Shown in pieces: positions 27,838-42,418 of a stretch of DNA of 64,000 bases. Each line of letters starts with the position of its first letter. Within the stretch, counting starts at the first letter, position 1. The position numbers and the translations under genes are program-made. The notes beneath the pieces are model-generated. The model was not told the origin of the DNA and did not search any database. It saw nothing but the letters and a program-made list of their open reading frames with translations. Where the stretch lies: assembly GCA_963667075.1 (NCBI GenBank), contig OY762938.1, positions 596,100-660,099 of the forward strand, given 5' to 3'. The stretch is from an uncultured Micavibrio sp. Its GTDB lineage: Bacteria; Pseudomonadota; Alphaproteobacteria; Micavibrionales; Micavibrionaceae.

Positions 27838-29232
27838 ATGGAAACTCTCTCTGCTTTAGCTTATCTCGTTGCCTCCATTTGCTTTATTATGGCGCTTCGT
27901 GGTCTCTCTGGTCCGGAAACAGCTCGTCAAGGTCTCACCTACGGCATGACCGGTATGGCAATTGCTATCATAACAACGCTTCTCTCTCCGGCTGTGACAT
28001 CATACGGCCTGATTCTCTTAGGCATTCTTATTGGTGGCACTATTGGTGCCGTTATCGCCAAAAAAATTCAAATGACCGCACTGCCGCAACTGGTTGCTGC
28101 CTTTCACTCTCTTGTTGGTCTGGCGGCCGTTTTTGTTGCCGCTGCGGCCTTTTACAACCCCGAGGCTTATGGTATCGGAATGAAAGGAGATATCGCGTTT
28201 TCCAGTCTTATTGAAATGTCGCTCGGTACGGCTATTGGTGCGATTACCTTCACAGGCTCTATCATTGCCTGGGGTAAATTGCAGGGCACCATTTCCGGCA
28301 AGCCCGTCTCCTTTGCCGGACAGCATATGCTCAACGCCGCCCTAGGTGCTGCGCTTTTCCTTTTAATCGTTATGCTTTGCACCACAGAGAGCACCTTTGT
28401 ATTCTGGCTGATCGTGCTTTTGTCTTTCCTGCTTGGCGTATTGATGATTATTCCGATTGGCGGCGCAGATATGCCTGTGATCGTTTCCATGCTGAACTCT
28501 TATTCCGGGTGGGCTGCAGCCGGCATCGGCTTCACGCTCCAGAACAACCTGCTCATCATTGTGGGTGCGCTTGTAGGATCGTCCGGGGCTATTCTCTCTT
28601 ACATCATGTGCAAAGGGATGAATCGCTCATTCTTCAACGTCGTTCTTGGCGGCTTTGGCGGCGATGATGCAACTGCAGCAGGCGGCGCTGATATGGGCGA
28701 CCGCAGTGCCAAACTCGGTGCGGCTGAAGATGCAGCTTATATCATGAAAAACGCATCAAAAGTCATTATTGTCCCCGGCTACGGTATGGCTGTGGCACAA
28801 GCCCAGCATGCTCTGCGCGAGATGTCAGATATTCTCAAACGCGAAGGCGTCGATGTAAAATACGCGATTCACCCCGTTGCAGGACGTATGCCCGGTCACA
28901 TGAACGTCCTTTTGGCCGAAGCCAACGTCCCCTACGATGAGGTTTTTGAGCTCGAAGACATTAACCGTGATTTTGCTCAAACTGATGTCGTTTATGTTAT
29001 CGGTGCCAATGATATTACAAACCCTGCAGCAAAAACAGACACAACCTCGCCTATTTACGGCATGCCTATTCTGGACGTTGATAAGGCACGTACTGTTCTC
29101 TTTGTGAAACGCTCACTGGGGTCCGGCTATGCTGGCATTGACAATCCGCTCTTCTACGCAGATAACACAATGATGCTCCTTGACGATGCAAAGAAAATGA
29201 CAGAGGATATTGTTAAAGCTTTAGAAGCGTAA
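27838..29232 (+). CDS. pntB: NAD(P) transhydrogenase subunit beta
   Basis: 464 aa with a polytopic N-terminus and the dIII NADP(H) domain (PGYGMAVAQAQH, HPVAGRMPGHMNVLLAEA, GANDITNP). Confidence 0.95.
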   Translation: METLSALAYLVASICFIMALRGLSGPETARQGLTYGMTGMAIAIITTLLSPAVTSYGLILLGILIGGTIGAVIAKKIQMTALPQLVAAFHSLVGLAAVFVAAAAFYNPEAYGIGMKGDIAFSSLIEMSLGTAIGAITFTGSIIAWGKLQGTISGKPVSFAGQHMLNAALGAALFLLIVMLCTTESTFVFWLIVLLSFLLGVLMIIPIGGADMPVIVSMLNSYSGWAAAGIGFTLQNNLLIIVGALVGSSGAILSYIMCKGMNRSFFNVVLGGFGGDDATAAGGADMGDRSAKLGAAEDAAYIMKNASKVIIVPGYGMAVAQAQHALREMSDILKREGVDVKYAIHPVAGRMPGHMNVLLAEANVPYDEVFELEDINRDFAQTDVVYVIGANDITNPAAKTDTTSPIYGMPILDVDKARTVLFVKRSLGSGYAGIDNPLFYADNTMMLLDDAKKMTEDIVKALEA

Positions 29233-29249
29233 GTAAGGTAAGTAAATAC

Positions 29250-30227
29250 ATGAACACAATTCCAGTACTGGAAGAACGTTTCTCTGAACCAGAAGGATGG
29301 CGTTGGCACGCCTTTAAAAACAAAAAAGGCAAACGCGTTCGCTATGGTTCAGTTTTCCCTAAAGACTCTATCCCTGATGCTATTATCGTCGGTCTGCCCG
29401 GACTAGATGAGTTCGCAGAAAAATATTTTGAGGTTGCCCGCACCCTGCTCAGCCGAAACCTTGCCTTTTGGGTGATAGACTGGCAAGGTCAGGGACAGTC
29501 CGAACGATCTAACGGACAGCATGACTTTGAAGACAATATTTCAGACCTGCATCAGTTCCTGAACGATTACGTTTTCCCTGCCAGCGTTCATCCTGACAGA
29601 GGTCGCATTGCACGCGTCATGCTTGGGCACTCCATGGGCGGTAATATCGGCTTGCGATATATGCACCAGTATCCAGATAGTTTCTTGTGCTCAATCCTCT
29701 CTGCACCGCTTATTGACATTGCAAAGCGCAGCCCTTTACCGATATCCTTGTCTGTCCTTTTACTATATACCCTGTTTCCCTTTCATAGGAAGCCTGCACC
29801 AGGTTATAAGAATCTCTTCCCGGACCGGAGACCAGAAGAGGCCGATATATTCTCCTCTGATGAAGCCAGACGAAAAATTCATAACCTCTGGCATATGTCG
29901 GACCCATCGCTAAAGATAGATCACGTGACCATCGGCTGGTTACAGCAAGTCATGAAATCCTGCGCCAAACTTCAAAAGAAAAGCGTCTTAAAAAACATAA
30001 AAACCCCCACCCTTATTGGTATAGCAGGCAAAGAATCTCTTGTTTCTAATGCAGCTATAAAAAAGGCGGCACGTTTCCTACCAAACGCAGAAATTTTAGA
30101 CCTCCCAGAGGCCAGACACGAAATTCTCGTAGAAACCGATGAGATGCGCGACCTTTTCTTCAAGGCATTTGATGATTTTTTAAATATTCACGTCCTGCAG
30201 AAAGAAGAGAGGTTGAAACCTTTCTAA
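29250..30227 (+). CDS. Alpha/beta hydrolase (lysophospholipase-like)
   Basis: Nucleophile elbow GHSMGG and a C-terminal H in ARHEIL. 325 aa. Confidence 0.75.
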   Translation: MNTIPVLEERFSEPEGWRWHAFKNKKGKRVRYGSVFPKDSIPDAIIVGLPGLDEFAEKYFEVARTLLSRNLAFWVIDWQGQGQSERSNGQHDFEDNISDLHQFLNDYVFPASVHPDRGRIARVMLGHSMGGNIGLRYMHQYPDSFLCSILSAPLIDIAKRSPLPISLSVLLLYTLFPFHRKPAPGYKNLFPDRRPEEADIFSSDEARRKIHNLWHMSDPSLKIDHVTIGWLQQVMKSCAKLQKKSVLKNIKTPTLIGIAGKESLVSNAAIKKAARFLPNAEILDLPEARHEILVETDEMRDLFFKAFDDFLNIHVLQKEERLKPF

Positions 30228-30281
30228 AAGCATGTCATTCTCTCATGGTCTTTAAACTAAAACTATTGAGATGAGAGTTCC

Positions 30282-30527
30282 TTGATCATGATAATGGACG
30301 ATGATAAGAAATTTAATAAGCTACGTTTGAGTGATCGCATTCTATTTGCGCTTGATCTGGCATTGAACCAGAGTGACCTTGAAATTTCAGAATCCTTATT
30401 CAAAGCACTTGAGATGGCGATGACCCGCAACACCGGCGGCGGTGAGTTTATCGAAAGAAGAGATTATCCAAGGGAAATGGAAGAAGCACTGACCCGCTTG
30501 GAAGAGGTCAGAAAAAGCAAGTTGTAA
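30282..30527 (+). CDS. Hypothetical small protein (81 aa)
   Basis: ORF only. It is a helical, charged protein with no recognisable motif. Confidence 0.4.
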   Translation: MIMIMDDDKKFNKLRLSDRILFALDLALNQSDLEISESLFKALEMAMTRNTGGGEFIERRDYPREMEEALTRLEEVRKSKL

Positions 30528-30599
30528 CATCTCGTTAAGTCAAACTTGTAGCTCAATTTAGTGTCAAAAAGGCTGTAATTAGCACTTTTACAGAGTCTT

Positions 30600-31043
30600 C
30601 TATAGAAACAGAAACGACACAAAAGTAGTTCTTCGATAGAGCAAAAGCAATGTGTGTCCGGCTTTACGGATCATATCCTGCGTGTCCTGTCGCTTGTGGA
30701 ATGCGGCATTGTCCATAACGATGACAGCGTTTTCAGGCAGTTGCGGCAGTAAATCCCGTTTTACCCATGCAGTAAAGATGCCTGCGGTAATATTGGCAGG
30801 GAACAATCCCACTTGTGAGCAACGCTGTCCTACCGACGCATAACCGTGGGTGCGGGGCATATCATGCGCAAAGCCGCTTTCATCAATATAGACAATCGGG
30901 CGTCCCTGATATTCATGCATCTTTATAATGGTCTGGAAGATACGCCGCGCGCGCTCATATTGGTAGGCATCAGGGTATTCCAGAATGTCACGCGCCAGGG
31001 CGATCATGTCGATCTTTGTCGCCGGCTTGTTGCGCATTTTCAT
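30600..31043 (-). pseudogene. IS630-family (DDE_3) transposase remnant: 5'-truncated, internally deleted and 3'-frameshifted
   Basis: It retains YIDESGF...THGYASVGQRC and VIVMDNAAFHK (DDE motifs). It lacks the N-terminal HTH region and the segment between the first two catalytic regions. The C-terminus degenerates after AGHTLL. I could not identify any terminal inverted repeats. Confidence 0.75.
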
Positions 31044-31073
31044 GGGGGCGGGTTATAATGGATTGGCTATAAC

Positions 31074-31114
31074 GGACAAAGAAAAAGCCTTCCTAAAGGC
31101 ACAAGGAAGGCTTT
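31074..31114 (-). terminator. Rho-independent terminator downstream of ftsZ
   Basis: The minus strand reads AAAGCCTTCC-TTGTGCCTTTA-GGAAGGCTTT followed by TTCTTTGT. It lies about 80 nt after the ftsZ stop. Confidence 0.75.
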
Positions 31115-31192
31115 TCTCAAGCGATGAGATGAATTTCCGCGAAAAAAACAACACGAAAAAAGGATAATAGACGACCGAATTAGTTTGCCGAA

Positions 31193-32968
31193 CTAATTTG
31201 CCTGCCGCCGCAAGAAAGCAGGAATATCAAGTTCTGACTCACCATGCTGTGAAGCAGGTTTCGCAGGACCATCAATACTCAAGCTTGGTTGAGATGGTTT
31301 TTGTTGAATATCGGAACGCCCGGATGTTTCAACAGTTTGTGTTTGTGACTCATCTTTACGGCCATGCCCCGTAATACGCTCAAACAAGGAAGGTGTTTTC
31401 CTCCGCTGAGAAGAAGCACCAGGCACAGGCGGCTTAAGAGAAAGACCGGAAGGTCCAGGATGCATTGTGGTCTGAACAGGCGCATGAACGGGCGCAGATA
31501 GCGGCGCAGATGGCATAGAAGACGATGATGGCAATCTGGGCCCCAACCCTGATTCCACCTGCTGTCGCGACTGACCGGATATTGACAATGACATATCACC
31601 AGAATAGCCTGATACAGGAGCAGGTGTTGATACAGAGGCTGCCATAGCGGCTACAGCCGGCACAGGTTGAGCCGAAACAGGTGGGGGAGCAGATGGCATA
31701 GACGGCACAGGAGGAATAAAACCATCCTTATAACGTTCGCCACGAATTAGGGTTTCCGGAATATCAGGTTTTGTCGTCAACGAAGAGAGATCCATTGCAG
31801 GCTGCGCAAAATCCTGTTGTCTGAACATATCGGCTTCTTTCACCTTATTCATTCTGACTGGCGCAAAAGAACCGGAAGAAGAAGATGATGAAGATGATGA
31901 TGATGAATCCTCATCTTCTTCACTTTTTGCATTCGCATCCGTCCGCGGTGTCGCTCTTTCAAAAGTCACCCCGCCTAATGGCTTTGTTTTTTTCTTCTCG
32001 ACCGTATCAATACCTGTCGCTACAATTGAGACCCGCATCAGGCCGTCCATAGTCTCATCAAAGGTAGAACCAAAAATAATATTCGCATTTGGATCTACTT
32101 CGTCACGAATGCGGTTACACGCTTCATCTGCTTCGAACAGCGTCATATCATAACCACCCGTAACATTAATAATAACGCCATTAGCCCCCTTCATAGAGAC
32201 GTCATCCAGTAGCGGATTATTAATAGCAGCCTCTGCTGCTTCAATGGCACGTTTATCACCAGAGGCCTCGCCTGTCCCCATCATCGCTTTACCCATTTCG
32301 AGCATAACAGAACGAATATCGGCAAAATCCAGATTAATAAGACCGGGCATAACCATCAAATCAGTTACACCGCGTACACCAGACTGCAAAACACTATCAG
32401 CCATTTTAAAGGCTTCAGAGAACGTTGTTTTTTCATTAGCCACACGGAACAGGTTCTGATTTGGGATAACGATCAGTGTATCCACATAATCCTGCATCTG
32501 CCGGATACCTTCTTCGGCCATTTTCATGCGAAGATTACCCTCAAAATGAAACGGCTTTGTCACCACACCGACGGTCAAAATCCCCTTTTCCCGACAATGC
32601 TTTGCGATCACCGGTGCGCCACCCGTACCAGTCCCGCCTCCCATACCGGCGGTAATGAAAGCCATGTTAGAACCCTCCAGATAAGCCATAACATCATCCA
32701 GAGATTCCTCAGCCGCAGCTTCTCCCACTTCAGGACGCGCCCCGGCACCCAAACCGCCTGTTACGGCCACGCCTAACTGAAGGCGGTTATCAGCAAGAGA
32801 CTGCTCCAACGCTTGAGAATCCGTATTACAAACCAGGAACTCCACACCTTCCAGGTTGGAGCTAATCATATTATTGACAGCATTTCCCCCTGCACCGCCA
32901 ACACCAATAACCGTAATCTTAGGTGACAATTGCTTTACCTCTTTTGGCTGCATTCTAATATTAATCAT
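31193..32968 (-). CDS. ftsZ: Cell division protein FtsZ (long form, 591 aa)
   Basis: [13 protein letters not shown] and GGGTGTG tubulin signature motifs. It has a linker of about 260 aa rich in Pro and Ser, with a run of 11 Ser. The conserved C-terminal peptide is [12 protein letters not shown]. Confidence 0.97.
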   Translation of the reverse strand: MINIRMQPKEVKQLSPKITVIGVGGAGGNAVNNMISSNLEGVEFLVCNTDSQALEQSLADNRLQLGVAVTGGLGAGARPEVGEAAAEESLDDVMAYLEGSNMAFITAGMGGGTGTGGAPVIAKHCREKGILTVGVVTKPFHFEGNLRMKMAEEGIRQMQDYVDTLIVIPNQNLFRVANEKTTFSEAFKMADSVLQSGVRGVTDLMVMPGLINLDFADIRSVMLEMGKAMMGTGEASGDKRAIEAAEAAINNPLLDDVSMKGANGVIINVTGGYDMTLFEADEACNRIRDEVDPNANIIFGSTFDETMDGLMRVSIVATGIDTVEKKKTKPLGGVTFERATPRTDANAKSEEDEDSSSSSSSSSSSGSFAPVRMNKVKEADMFRQQDFAQPAMDLSSLTTKPDIPETLIRGERYKDGFIPPVPSMPSAPPPVSAQPVPAVAAMAASVSTPAPVSGYSGDMSLSISGQSRQQVESGLGPRLPSSSSMPSAPLSAPVHAPVQTTMHPGPSGLSLKPPVPGASSQRRKTPSLFERITGHGRKDESQTQTVETSGRSDIQQKPSQPSLSIDGPAKPASQHGESELDIPAFLRRQAN

Positions 32969-33199
32969 TTCAATGGACCCCCGTTGACGAGATGATGTCG
33001 CGATTCTATTTTTATTTTCACTGTAATAAAAGGGTAAAAATATGAAGCACGCTAAGAACTCACACTATTTTCCCTTCTTTGACCAGGCAAAACCTTTTAA
33101 AAACCTTAAAGAAGATTTGGATAAGAGATTCATCCGACTCAGTTTTTTGAATTTTGACACAGACAGCATCACAGCACAAATAAGTTAATCACAAATACC

Positions 33200-33304
33200 T
33201 GTGGATAAGTGAATAAGAAGAAAAATAAATCTCTCTTTTCGAAAAACAAGGGCTATCACACCTTTTTTAAACAGGGAACTCTTTTGTTCACAAAGTTATT
33301 CACA
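33200..33304. promoter_or_regulatory. Cluster of DnaA-box-like 9-mers in the ftsA-ftsZ spacer
   Basis: TGTGGATAA at 33200-33208 is the reverse complement of TTATCCACA (9/9). TTGTTCACA lies at 33284-33292 (7/9) and TTATTCACA at 33296-33304 (8/9). Confidence 0.45.
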
Positions 33305-33325
33305 GACTTATCCGGCGCAATATGT

Positions 33326-34594
33326 TTACCAATTCTCCCGCACCCATAACTTGAAACGTTCGAATATGCTGCCATATTCTACATTCGCAAGAATTTGATC
33401 CGGCATTTCGTCTGTACATTCTGTGAGATAGTTCAAAAGCCCTGCCACAACGGTAAAAGGCGGTGCATTTGCGGCTTCAGCCAGCCCGGTAAGGCGAATA
33501 GGAAAACCAATACGCACCTGCTTATCCAGCACAAGTTTGGCCAGATCGACCAGTCCCGGTAATTGGCTGGCCCCGCCGGTCAAAACAACGCGGCGACCAA
33601 CCATATCCCCCAAACCGGAATCCTGAAGACGAGCGCGGACAATTTCAAAAATCTCTTCCAGACGGGGCTGAATAATACCAATCAAAACAGCACGCGGCAC
33701 ATGGTTAGGCTGGCTATCATTGTCTTCTCCAATCTGAGGCACATTAATCAGCTCTTCACGATCACTATTGGCCGCCATAGCACTGCCATAAAGCGTTTTA
33801 AGACGCTCTGCATCAAGGATAGAACAGGAAAGCCCCTTGGCTATATCTTTACTTACATGCTTTCCGCCAAGCGGAATGGCGTCAACATACAGCAAACGCC
33901 CTCCTTGAAAAACGGCCATAGAGGTAACACCACCTCCCATATCAATAACGGTACAGCCTAAATCTTTCTCATCTTCAACGAGACAGGATAATCCCGCCGC
34001 ATAAGGTGCCGCACATAAGGCTTTAATATCCAGATGGCTCCGCTCAATACAGGTTGCCATATTCCGCAAAGCCCCCTGATTGCCGGTGACCATATGGATC
34101 CCTACATCCAGAGTCTGTCCATACATACCTCTGGGTTCACGAATAAAATCATTCCCATCCACGCGGTAATTGATCGGAATAGTATGAATTAGTTCTTGCT
34201 CTTCACCAAATTTTTCTTCCTGAGATTTTGCAAGGACGCGGCGCACATCATTGTCTGTGATTTCCTGACCGGAAATCTGAACATTCACATCCAGATGATG
34301 GGAGTAAGTATGAACACCCGGCACATTCAGTATCACTTCGCGCAGAGGATATCCCTTCATTCTACTGGCTGCCATATGCTCTGCGGCATGGACAGCATGA
34401 CGAATAGCCCCCTCAGCCGTCGATAGATCTGTAATTGTGCCGTTCTCAATACCCCTTGAGGCTTGATGACCGATACCGACAACTTCGATAGAGCCTTCAT
34501 CATCCATAACCTGTCCAACAAAACAGGCAATCTTGCTAGAGCCGACATCCAGAGCCGCTACAACCGACCCTTTTGTAATTACGCTTCCTGCCAC
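33326..34594 (-). CDS. ftsA: Cell division protein FtsA
   Basis: Actin/HSP70-fold motifs (ALDVGSSKI, VIDMGGGVTS, VLTGGASQLPGL). Position between ftsQ and ftsZ. Confidence 0.95.
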   Translation of the reverse strand: MAGSVITKGSVVAALDVGSSKIACFVGQVMDDEGSIEVVGIGHQASRGIENGTITDLSTAEGAIRHAVHAAEHMAASRMKGYPLREVILNVPGVHTYSHHLDVNVQISGQEITDNDVRRVLAKSQEEKFGEEQELIHTIPINYRVDGNDFIREPRGMYGQTLDVGIHMVTGNQGALRNMATCIERSHLDIKALCAAPYAAGLSCLVEDEKDLGCTVIDMGGGVTSMAVFQGGRLLYVDAIPLGGKHVSKDIAKGLSCSILDAERLKTLYGSAMAANSDREELINVPQIGEDNDSQPNHVPRAVLIGIIQPRLEEIFEIVRARLQDSGLGDMVGRRVVLTGGASQLPGLVDLAKLVLDKQVRIGFPIRLTGLAEAANAPPFTVVAGLLNYLTECTDEMPDQILANVEYGSIFERFKLWVRENW

Positions 34595-34627
34595 TTAACC
34601 AATCTCTCTCAAAAATCCCCAATATTC

Positions 34628-35500
34628 TTATATGCCACTCTGGCTTTTGTATCCAGCTTTGTATTCACGTACAGCCCCTGGCGCGGTCCGCACAACGACG
34701 CGATCAACTTCGCGTACGTCAATGGTTTGCACTTCTTTATCAAGGAGCTTTTCCTCCTCCTGGGCCATAGACAGGCGCCGAAGTGCGATAACGGCATCAT
34801 CTTCCGGCAGTTTCGCAATAGCGCCGGAGGCTAGATGCAAATCCCATCGTCTTTTTCCGATACGCACCGCAGAGGCTACACGCTCACGCACAAGCGGCTC
34901 GGAAAAAAGAATATCCATAAACTCCCGCACATGGTATGGCACATCGTCTCCGACCAGAACAATCAGATTTTTAAAAGGGGTTAAATCCTGTTCGCTCAGA
35001 ACGATCCCTTCTTCATCAATGAGATGTAACTTCCCTTCCCGCTGCCACAGCGCAAGCGGTCTGCGTTCTTCAATTTGCACATAGACCGTATCTGGCAACC
35101 GGCGTTCAACATGTACGTTTTTTACCCACGATATTTTCTGGATCATTTGCTGTGCCGCATCGGGCGAAAAAGAAAACAAAGGATCACCTTTTTCAAGGTT
35201 TATAATGGCCTTTAGAATATCCGGGTCTGTATTCACTCGCCCTTCGACCAGTATATTCCGAACCGAAAAACCAGCATCCGCCGTCAATGCAATAACCTTA
35301 TTTTGGGCTGCACTCAGGATTCTGGATGGGATATCACTTAGAGCAAACCAGAACACGGCCCACAACAGCACAGCAAAAAAGCTCAGCAAGCCGCCATAAT
35401 GTCCCGCAATATGCGTTACTCTTTCCCCGAAATGCGCTATGCGGCCGAGGAAAGGGATGGGGAAGAAGAGGCTATATGACTTTGTTGCTTTTCGTGACAT
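34628..35500 (-). CDS. ftsQ: Cell division protein FtsQ
   Basis: A single TM helix followed by POTRA and FtsQ domains (V.V.GR...D, WVK.V.V.R..PDT..V.I.ER.P.A.W). Position between ddl and ftsA. Confidence 0.88.
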   Translation of the reverse strand: MSRKATKSYSLFFPIPFLGRIAHFGERVTHIAGHYGGLLSFFAVLLWAVFWFALSDIPSRILSAAQNKVIALTADAGFSVRNILVEGRVNTDPDILKAIINLEKGDPLFSFSPDAAQQMIQKISWVKNVHVERRLPDTVYVQIEERRPLALWQREGKLHLIDEEGIVLSEQDLTPFKNLIVLVGDDVPYHVREFMDILFSEPLVRERVASAVRIGKRRWDLHLASGAIAKLPEDDAVIALRRLSMAQEEEKLLDKEVQTIDVREVDRVVVRTAPGAVREYKAGYKSQSGI

Positions 35501-36435
35501 TGAGCGGTTTCAACCAGATGAGAACAGAGTTCGACAAAAGACCGGCCATTGCGGATGACCTGTGAAGGACCAATAGATGCCGCCGTTAACCCGGGCTGTG
35601 TATTGATTTCCAAAAAGAAAAGCCCTTGCTCTCCCCTTTGTTCATCAAAGCGAAAATCACAGCGCGCGAGTCCCGTGCATCCGATGCTATTATACACAGC
35701 TTGTGCATTTTTCAGAGCCAAATCGTAAATATTTTTTGGAATATCAGCCGGCAGCACGTAATCCGTTCTTTCATCACGATATTTTGCCTCATAATCAAAG
35801 AATTCTGTTTTGGAAATAATTTCCGTTACGCCTTGCGCCTCACCATCCAGCACGGCCACAGTCAGTTCACGTCCCGGCACATATTCTTCGACCAGCACAT
35901 TTTCACCAAACGTCCAGTCCTCTTCACCCAGCGGGGCCTGATTACTGTCATCCAGCACCAGATGAATACCAACACTAGAGCCTTCACAAGGCGGTTTTAC
36001 AACATAAGGCGCAGGCATAACATGTCCTGAAAGCACGTCGCTTTTACTCGCAAGAACTCCTTTTGGAGATGCTACACCAGCCATAGCGGCCACCGCTTTT
36101 GCCATAGGTTTATTCATCCCAACTGCCGAGGCCAGTATATTTGAATGGGTGTATGGAATTTCCAGAATTTCGAGCACGCTCTGAATCATACCGTCTTCCC
36201 CGCCACGACCATGCAAATTGTTAAATACCGCATCAGGCTTTGGTGTAAGCTGTGCCATTAAATCATTCAGATCCTTTTGCACATCAACAACTTTAACATC
36301 ATACCCACCATCACGCAGGGCCTGCTCAACCTCTTTCCCCTTATCCAGAGATACCTGACGTTCTGCTGACCAGCCTCCCACTAACAAAGCAACTTTCTTA
36401 ATCACAACAGTCTCCCTTTTTTCCAATTCGTCCAT
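35437..36435 (-). CDS. ddl: D-alanine--D-alanine ligase
   Basis: VALLVGGWSAEREVSL-type N-terminus and ATP-grasp motifs (HGRGGEDG, EINTQPG). Confidence 0.93.
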   Translation of the reverse strand: MDELEKRETVVIKKVALLVGGWSAERQVSLDKGKEVEQALRDGGYDVKVVDVQKDLNDLMAQLTPKPDAVFNNLHGRGGEDGMIQSVLEILEIPYTHSNILASAVGMNKPMAKAVAAMAGVASPKGVLASKSDVLSGHVMPAPYVVKPPCEGSSVGIHLVLDDSNQAPLGEEDWTFGENVLVEEYVPGRELTVAVLDGEAQGVTEIISKTEFFDYEAKYRDERTDYVLPADIPKNIYDLALKNAQAVYNSIGCTGLARCDFRFDEQRGEQGLFFLEINTQPGLTAASIGPSQVIRNGRSFVELCSHLVETAQCHEKQQSHIASSSPSLSSAA

Positions 36436-36744
36436 CGTTATTTAAATACATAATATAGCGCGAGATATAATACGACATAATAACGCACGCGCTATCCTCG
36501 TGAAAGGCCCTCAAGCTGATTCCAGAATTGTCATCGTATCATGTCATCCGGTTTTTTCAAGTTAATGCACCTGAAGCCCCGTGGTGATTTATTGAAAAAA
36601 GAAGCGTTTTTGCGAAAGGCTTCTGTAATACCGCAATATCGCCAATGTAACAAAGCGCAACAAAGCGTGATTTGTTCTGGGAAATAAGTCTGTATATAGT
36701 CAGGCTATAAAAAAGCAATATAGTAAAGGCGTATAGAGACCACC

Positions 36745-37680
36745 ATGCAACATACCGTTTCTTCCACAATTCCTTTAAACGGCGTAGGACTTCATTCCGG
36801 TGCAGATATTTCGATGAAAATTCATCCGGCACGCCCGGATCATGGCATTGCGTTTATTCGCCGTGATGTGAAAGACAGGTATAATCGCATTTCTGCTGTT
36901 TGGAACCGGGTTGTTGATACGCAGCTTTGTACGGTGGTGGGGAATGATGCCGGCGTGACAGTCGGTACGATTGAGCACCTTATGGCAGCGTTGCGTGGCT
37001 GTGGTGTAGATAATGCGGTTATCGAGCTTGACGGACCGGAGGTGCCTGTTATGGACGGCAGTGCGGAAACCTTTGTTCAGGCAATTGACTGCGCAGGTCT
37101 TTATGTTCAGAGCAAACCACGTCGTGCCATTAAAATCCTGAAAGAAGTGAGTATCGAAGACGGTGATAAAAAGGTATCGTTGAAACCGGCAATTAGCTCC
37201 TCTTTTATCGGAAAGATTGATTTTGATCACCCGGCGATTGGGAAACAAGAGTACAAAATTGAGCTAATGAACGGCGCTTTCCGTTATGAAGTCGCAGAGG
37301 CCAGAACATTTGGCTTCATTGATGAAGTACACGAACTTCGCAAAAGGAACCTCGCACAAGGCGCGTCGTTTGATAATGCGGTCGTGCTGGATAACAAGCG
37401 TATCCTGAACAAGGAAGGCTTGCGGTTTAACAGAAATGAATTCGTACGTCATAAAATTCTGGATGCGATTGGTGATCTGTATCTCGCCGGCGGCCCGATT
37501 TTGGGGACATATGAAGGCGTCAAGATGAGCCATGATCTAAACAACAGACTCTTGCGCAAATTATTCGCAACCAAAGACGCCTGGACCTACATAGATCTCT
37601 TCGTCGATATTGACGGCGTGGATAGCATCACACCGATCATGACAGACGAGCGTCCGGCTGTCCTTTCCATTTCTTTATGA
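36745..37680 (+). CDS. lpxC: UDP-3-O-acyl-N-acetylglucosamine deacetylase
   Basis: GVGLHSG, TIEHLMAAL, GPEVPVMDGSA and FVRHKILDAIGDL motifs. Confidence 0.95.
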   Translation: MQHTVSSTIPLNGVGLHSGADISMKIHPARPDHGIAFIRRDVKDRYNRISAVWNRVVDTQLCTVVGNDAGVTVGTIEHLMAALRGCGVDNAVIELDGPEVPVMDGSAETFVQAIDCAGLYVQSKPRRAIKILKEVSIEDGDKKVSLKPAISSSFIGKIDFDHPAIGKQEYKIELMNGAFRYEVAEARTFGFIDEVHELRKRNLAQGASFDNAVVLDNKRILNKEGLRFNRNEFVRHKILDAIGDLYLAGGPILGTYEGVKMSHDLNNRLLRKLFATKDAWTYIDLFVDIDGVDSITPIMTDERPAVLSISL

Positions 37681-37757
37681 TTTATTCAATAGAATTTTTC
37701 TTTGGTTTTTTTATATTTTACTCTTGTTCTTTTAAAAACTTGGTAGAAAATAGCCCT

Positions 37758-38594
37758 ATGACTGATTTTTCGAGAAAACCATTTTTGGTAGCTTTTATAG
37801 CGGTAAGCTTGCTCCTGTCTGGCTGTATGGGAACGGGTGTCGGTACGGATGATCCTCAAGTAAGACGTCCGCCTGAAGAACTTTATGCTGATGCGCAAAC
37901 CGCAATGGAAGGCAAAGAGTATTTAAAGGCTGGCCGGCTTTTTGACGAAGTGGAACGCCAGCATCCTTACTCTGAATTTGCAACAAAAGCGCAGCTCATG
38001 GCAGCCAGGGCTGCTTATAACGATCTTCGTTATGACGAGGCTGTTATCGCGCTTGATCGCTTTATAGAGCTTCATCCCGGCAATGAGGATGTTGATTATG
38101 CCTTTTATTTGAGGGCCCTTTGCTATTATGAGCAGATCACCGATGTACGCCGGGATCAGGCGATGACAGGCATGGCCCTTGAGGCCCTTGATGCGCTTTT
38201 AAAGCGTTATCCGAACAGTAAATATGCGAGAGATGCCGCCCTGAAACGGGATCTGACACTGGACCATCTGGCAGGCAAGGAAATGGAAATCGGGCGTTAT
38301 TATTTGACCCGCGGCCATATTAACGCGGCGATTAACCGTTTTCAGTATGTGATCAAGGAATATCAGACCACAACCCATGTGCCAGAAGCCCTTCACCGTC
38401 TGGTCGAGGCTTATATGATTTTAGGGATCGAGCAGGAAGCTATGCGTGTGGCAGCGGTGCTGGGGCATAACTTCCCGGGGAGTCAGTGGTACAAGGATAG
38501 CTACGCTTTATTGCACCCGGATCAACGACAGGTATTGCTCGAAGGTCGTTCATGGTTAGATAAGACGGTTGATTCGATTTTGAAGCCGGAATAA
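37758..38594 (+). CDS. bamD: Outer membrane protein assembly factor BamD (YfiO)
   Basis: Lipobox LLLSGC and TPR-like repeats (YL.AG.LF..V...HPYS.FA..A). I chose the ATG at 37758; the ORF track starts at 37677. Confidence 0.85.
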   Translation: MTDFSRKPFLVAFIAVSLLLSGCMGTGVGTDDPQVRRPPEELYADAQTAMEGKEYLKAGRLFDEVERQHPYSEFATKAQLMAARAAYNDLRYDEAVIALDRFIELHPGNEDVDYAFYLRALCYYEQITDVRRDQAMTGMALEALDALLKRYPNSKYARDAALKRDLTLDHLAGKEMEIGRYYLTRGHINAAINRFQYVIKEYQTTTHVPEALHRLVEAYMILGIEQEAMRVAAVLGHNFPGSQWYKDSYALLHPDQRQVLLEGRSWLDKTVDSILKPE

Positions 38595-38603
38595 CTAAAA
38601 AGA

Positions 38604-42367
<3,764 letters not shown>

Positions 42368-42418
42368 AAGATTCTGTGCATCAAAGCTACAGGATTCTCG
42401 GCAACAACCTGAAAATCT

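Noticed and set aside
33002-33140. Three GANTC (CcrM) sites in the ftsZ upstream spacer
   Set aside because: About 1.4 sites are expected by chance in 357 bp, so three is not significant.
33043-33190. Plus-strand ORF of about 48 aa ([13 protein letters not shown]...) in the ftsA-ftsZ spacer
   Set aside because: It lies on the opposite strand to all its neighbours, in a promoter region, with no convincing Shine-Dalgarno sequence. I treat it as chance.
36557-36832. 91-aa minus-strand ORF in the ddl/lpxC divergent region
   Set aside because: It overlaps the lpxC start on the opposite strand, has no ribosome-binding site that I can see, and has no recognisable motif. It is probably spurious.
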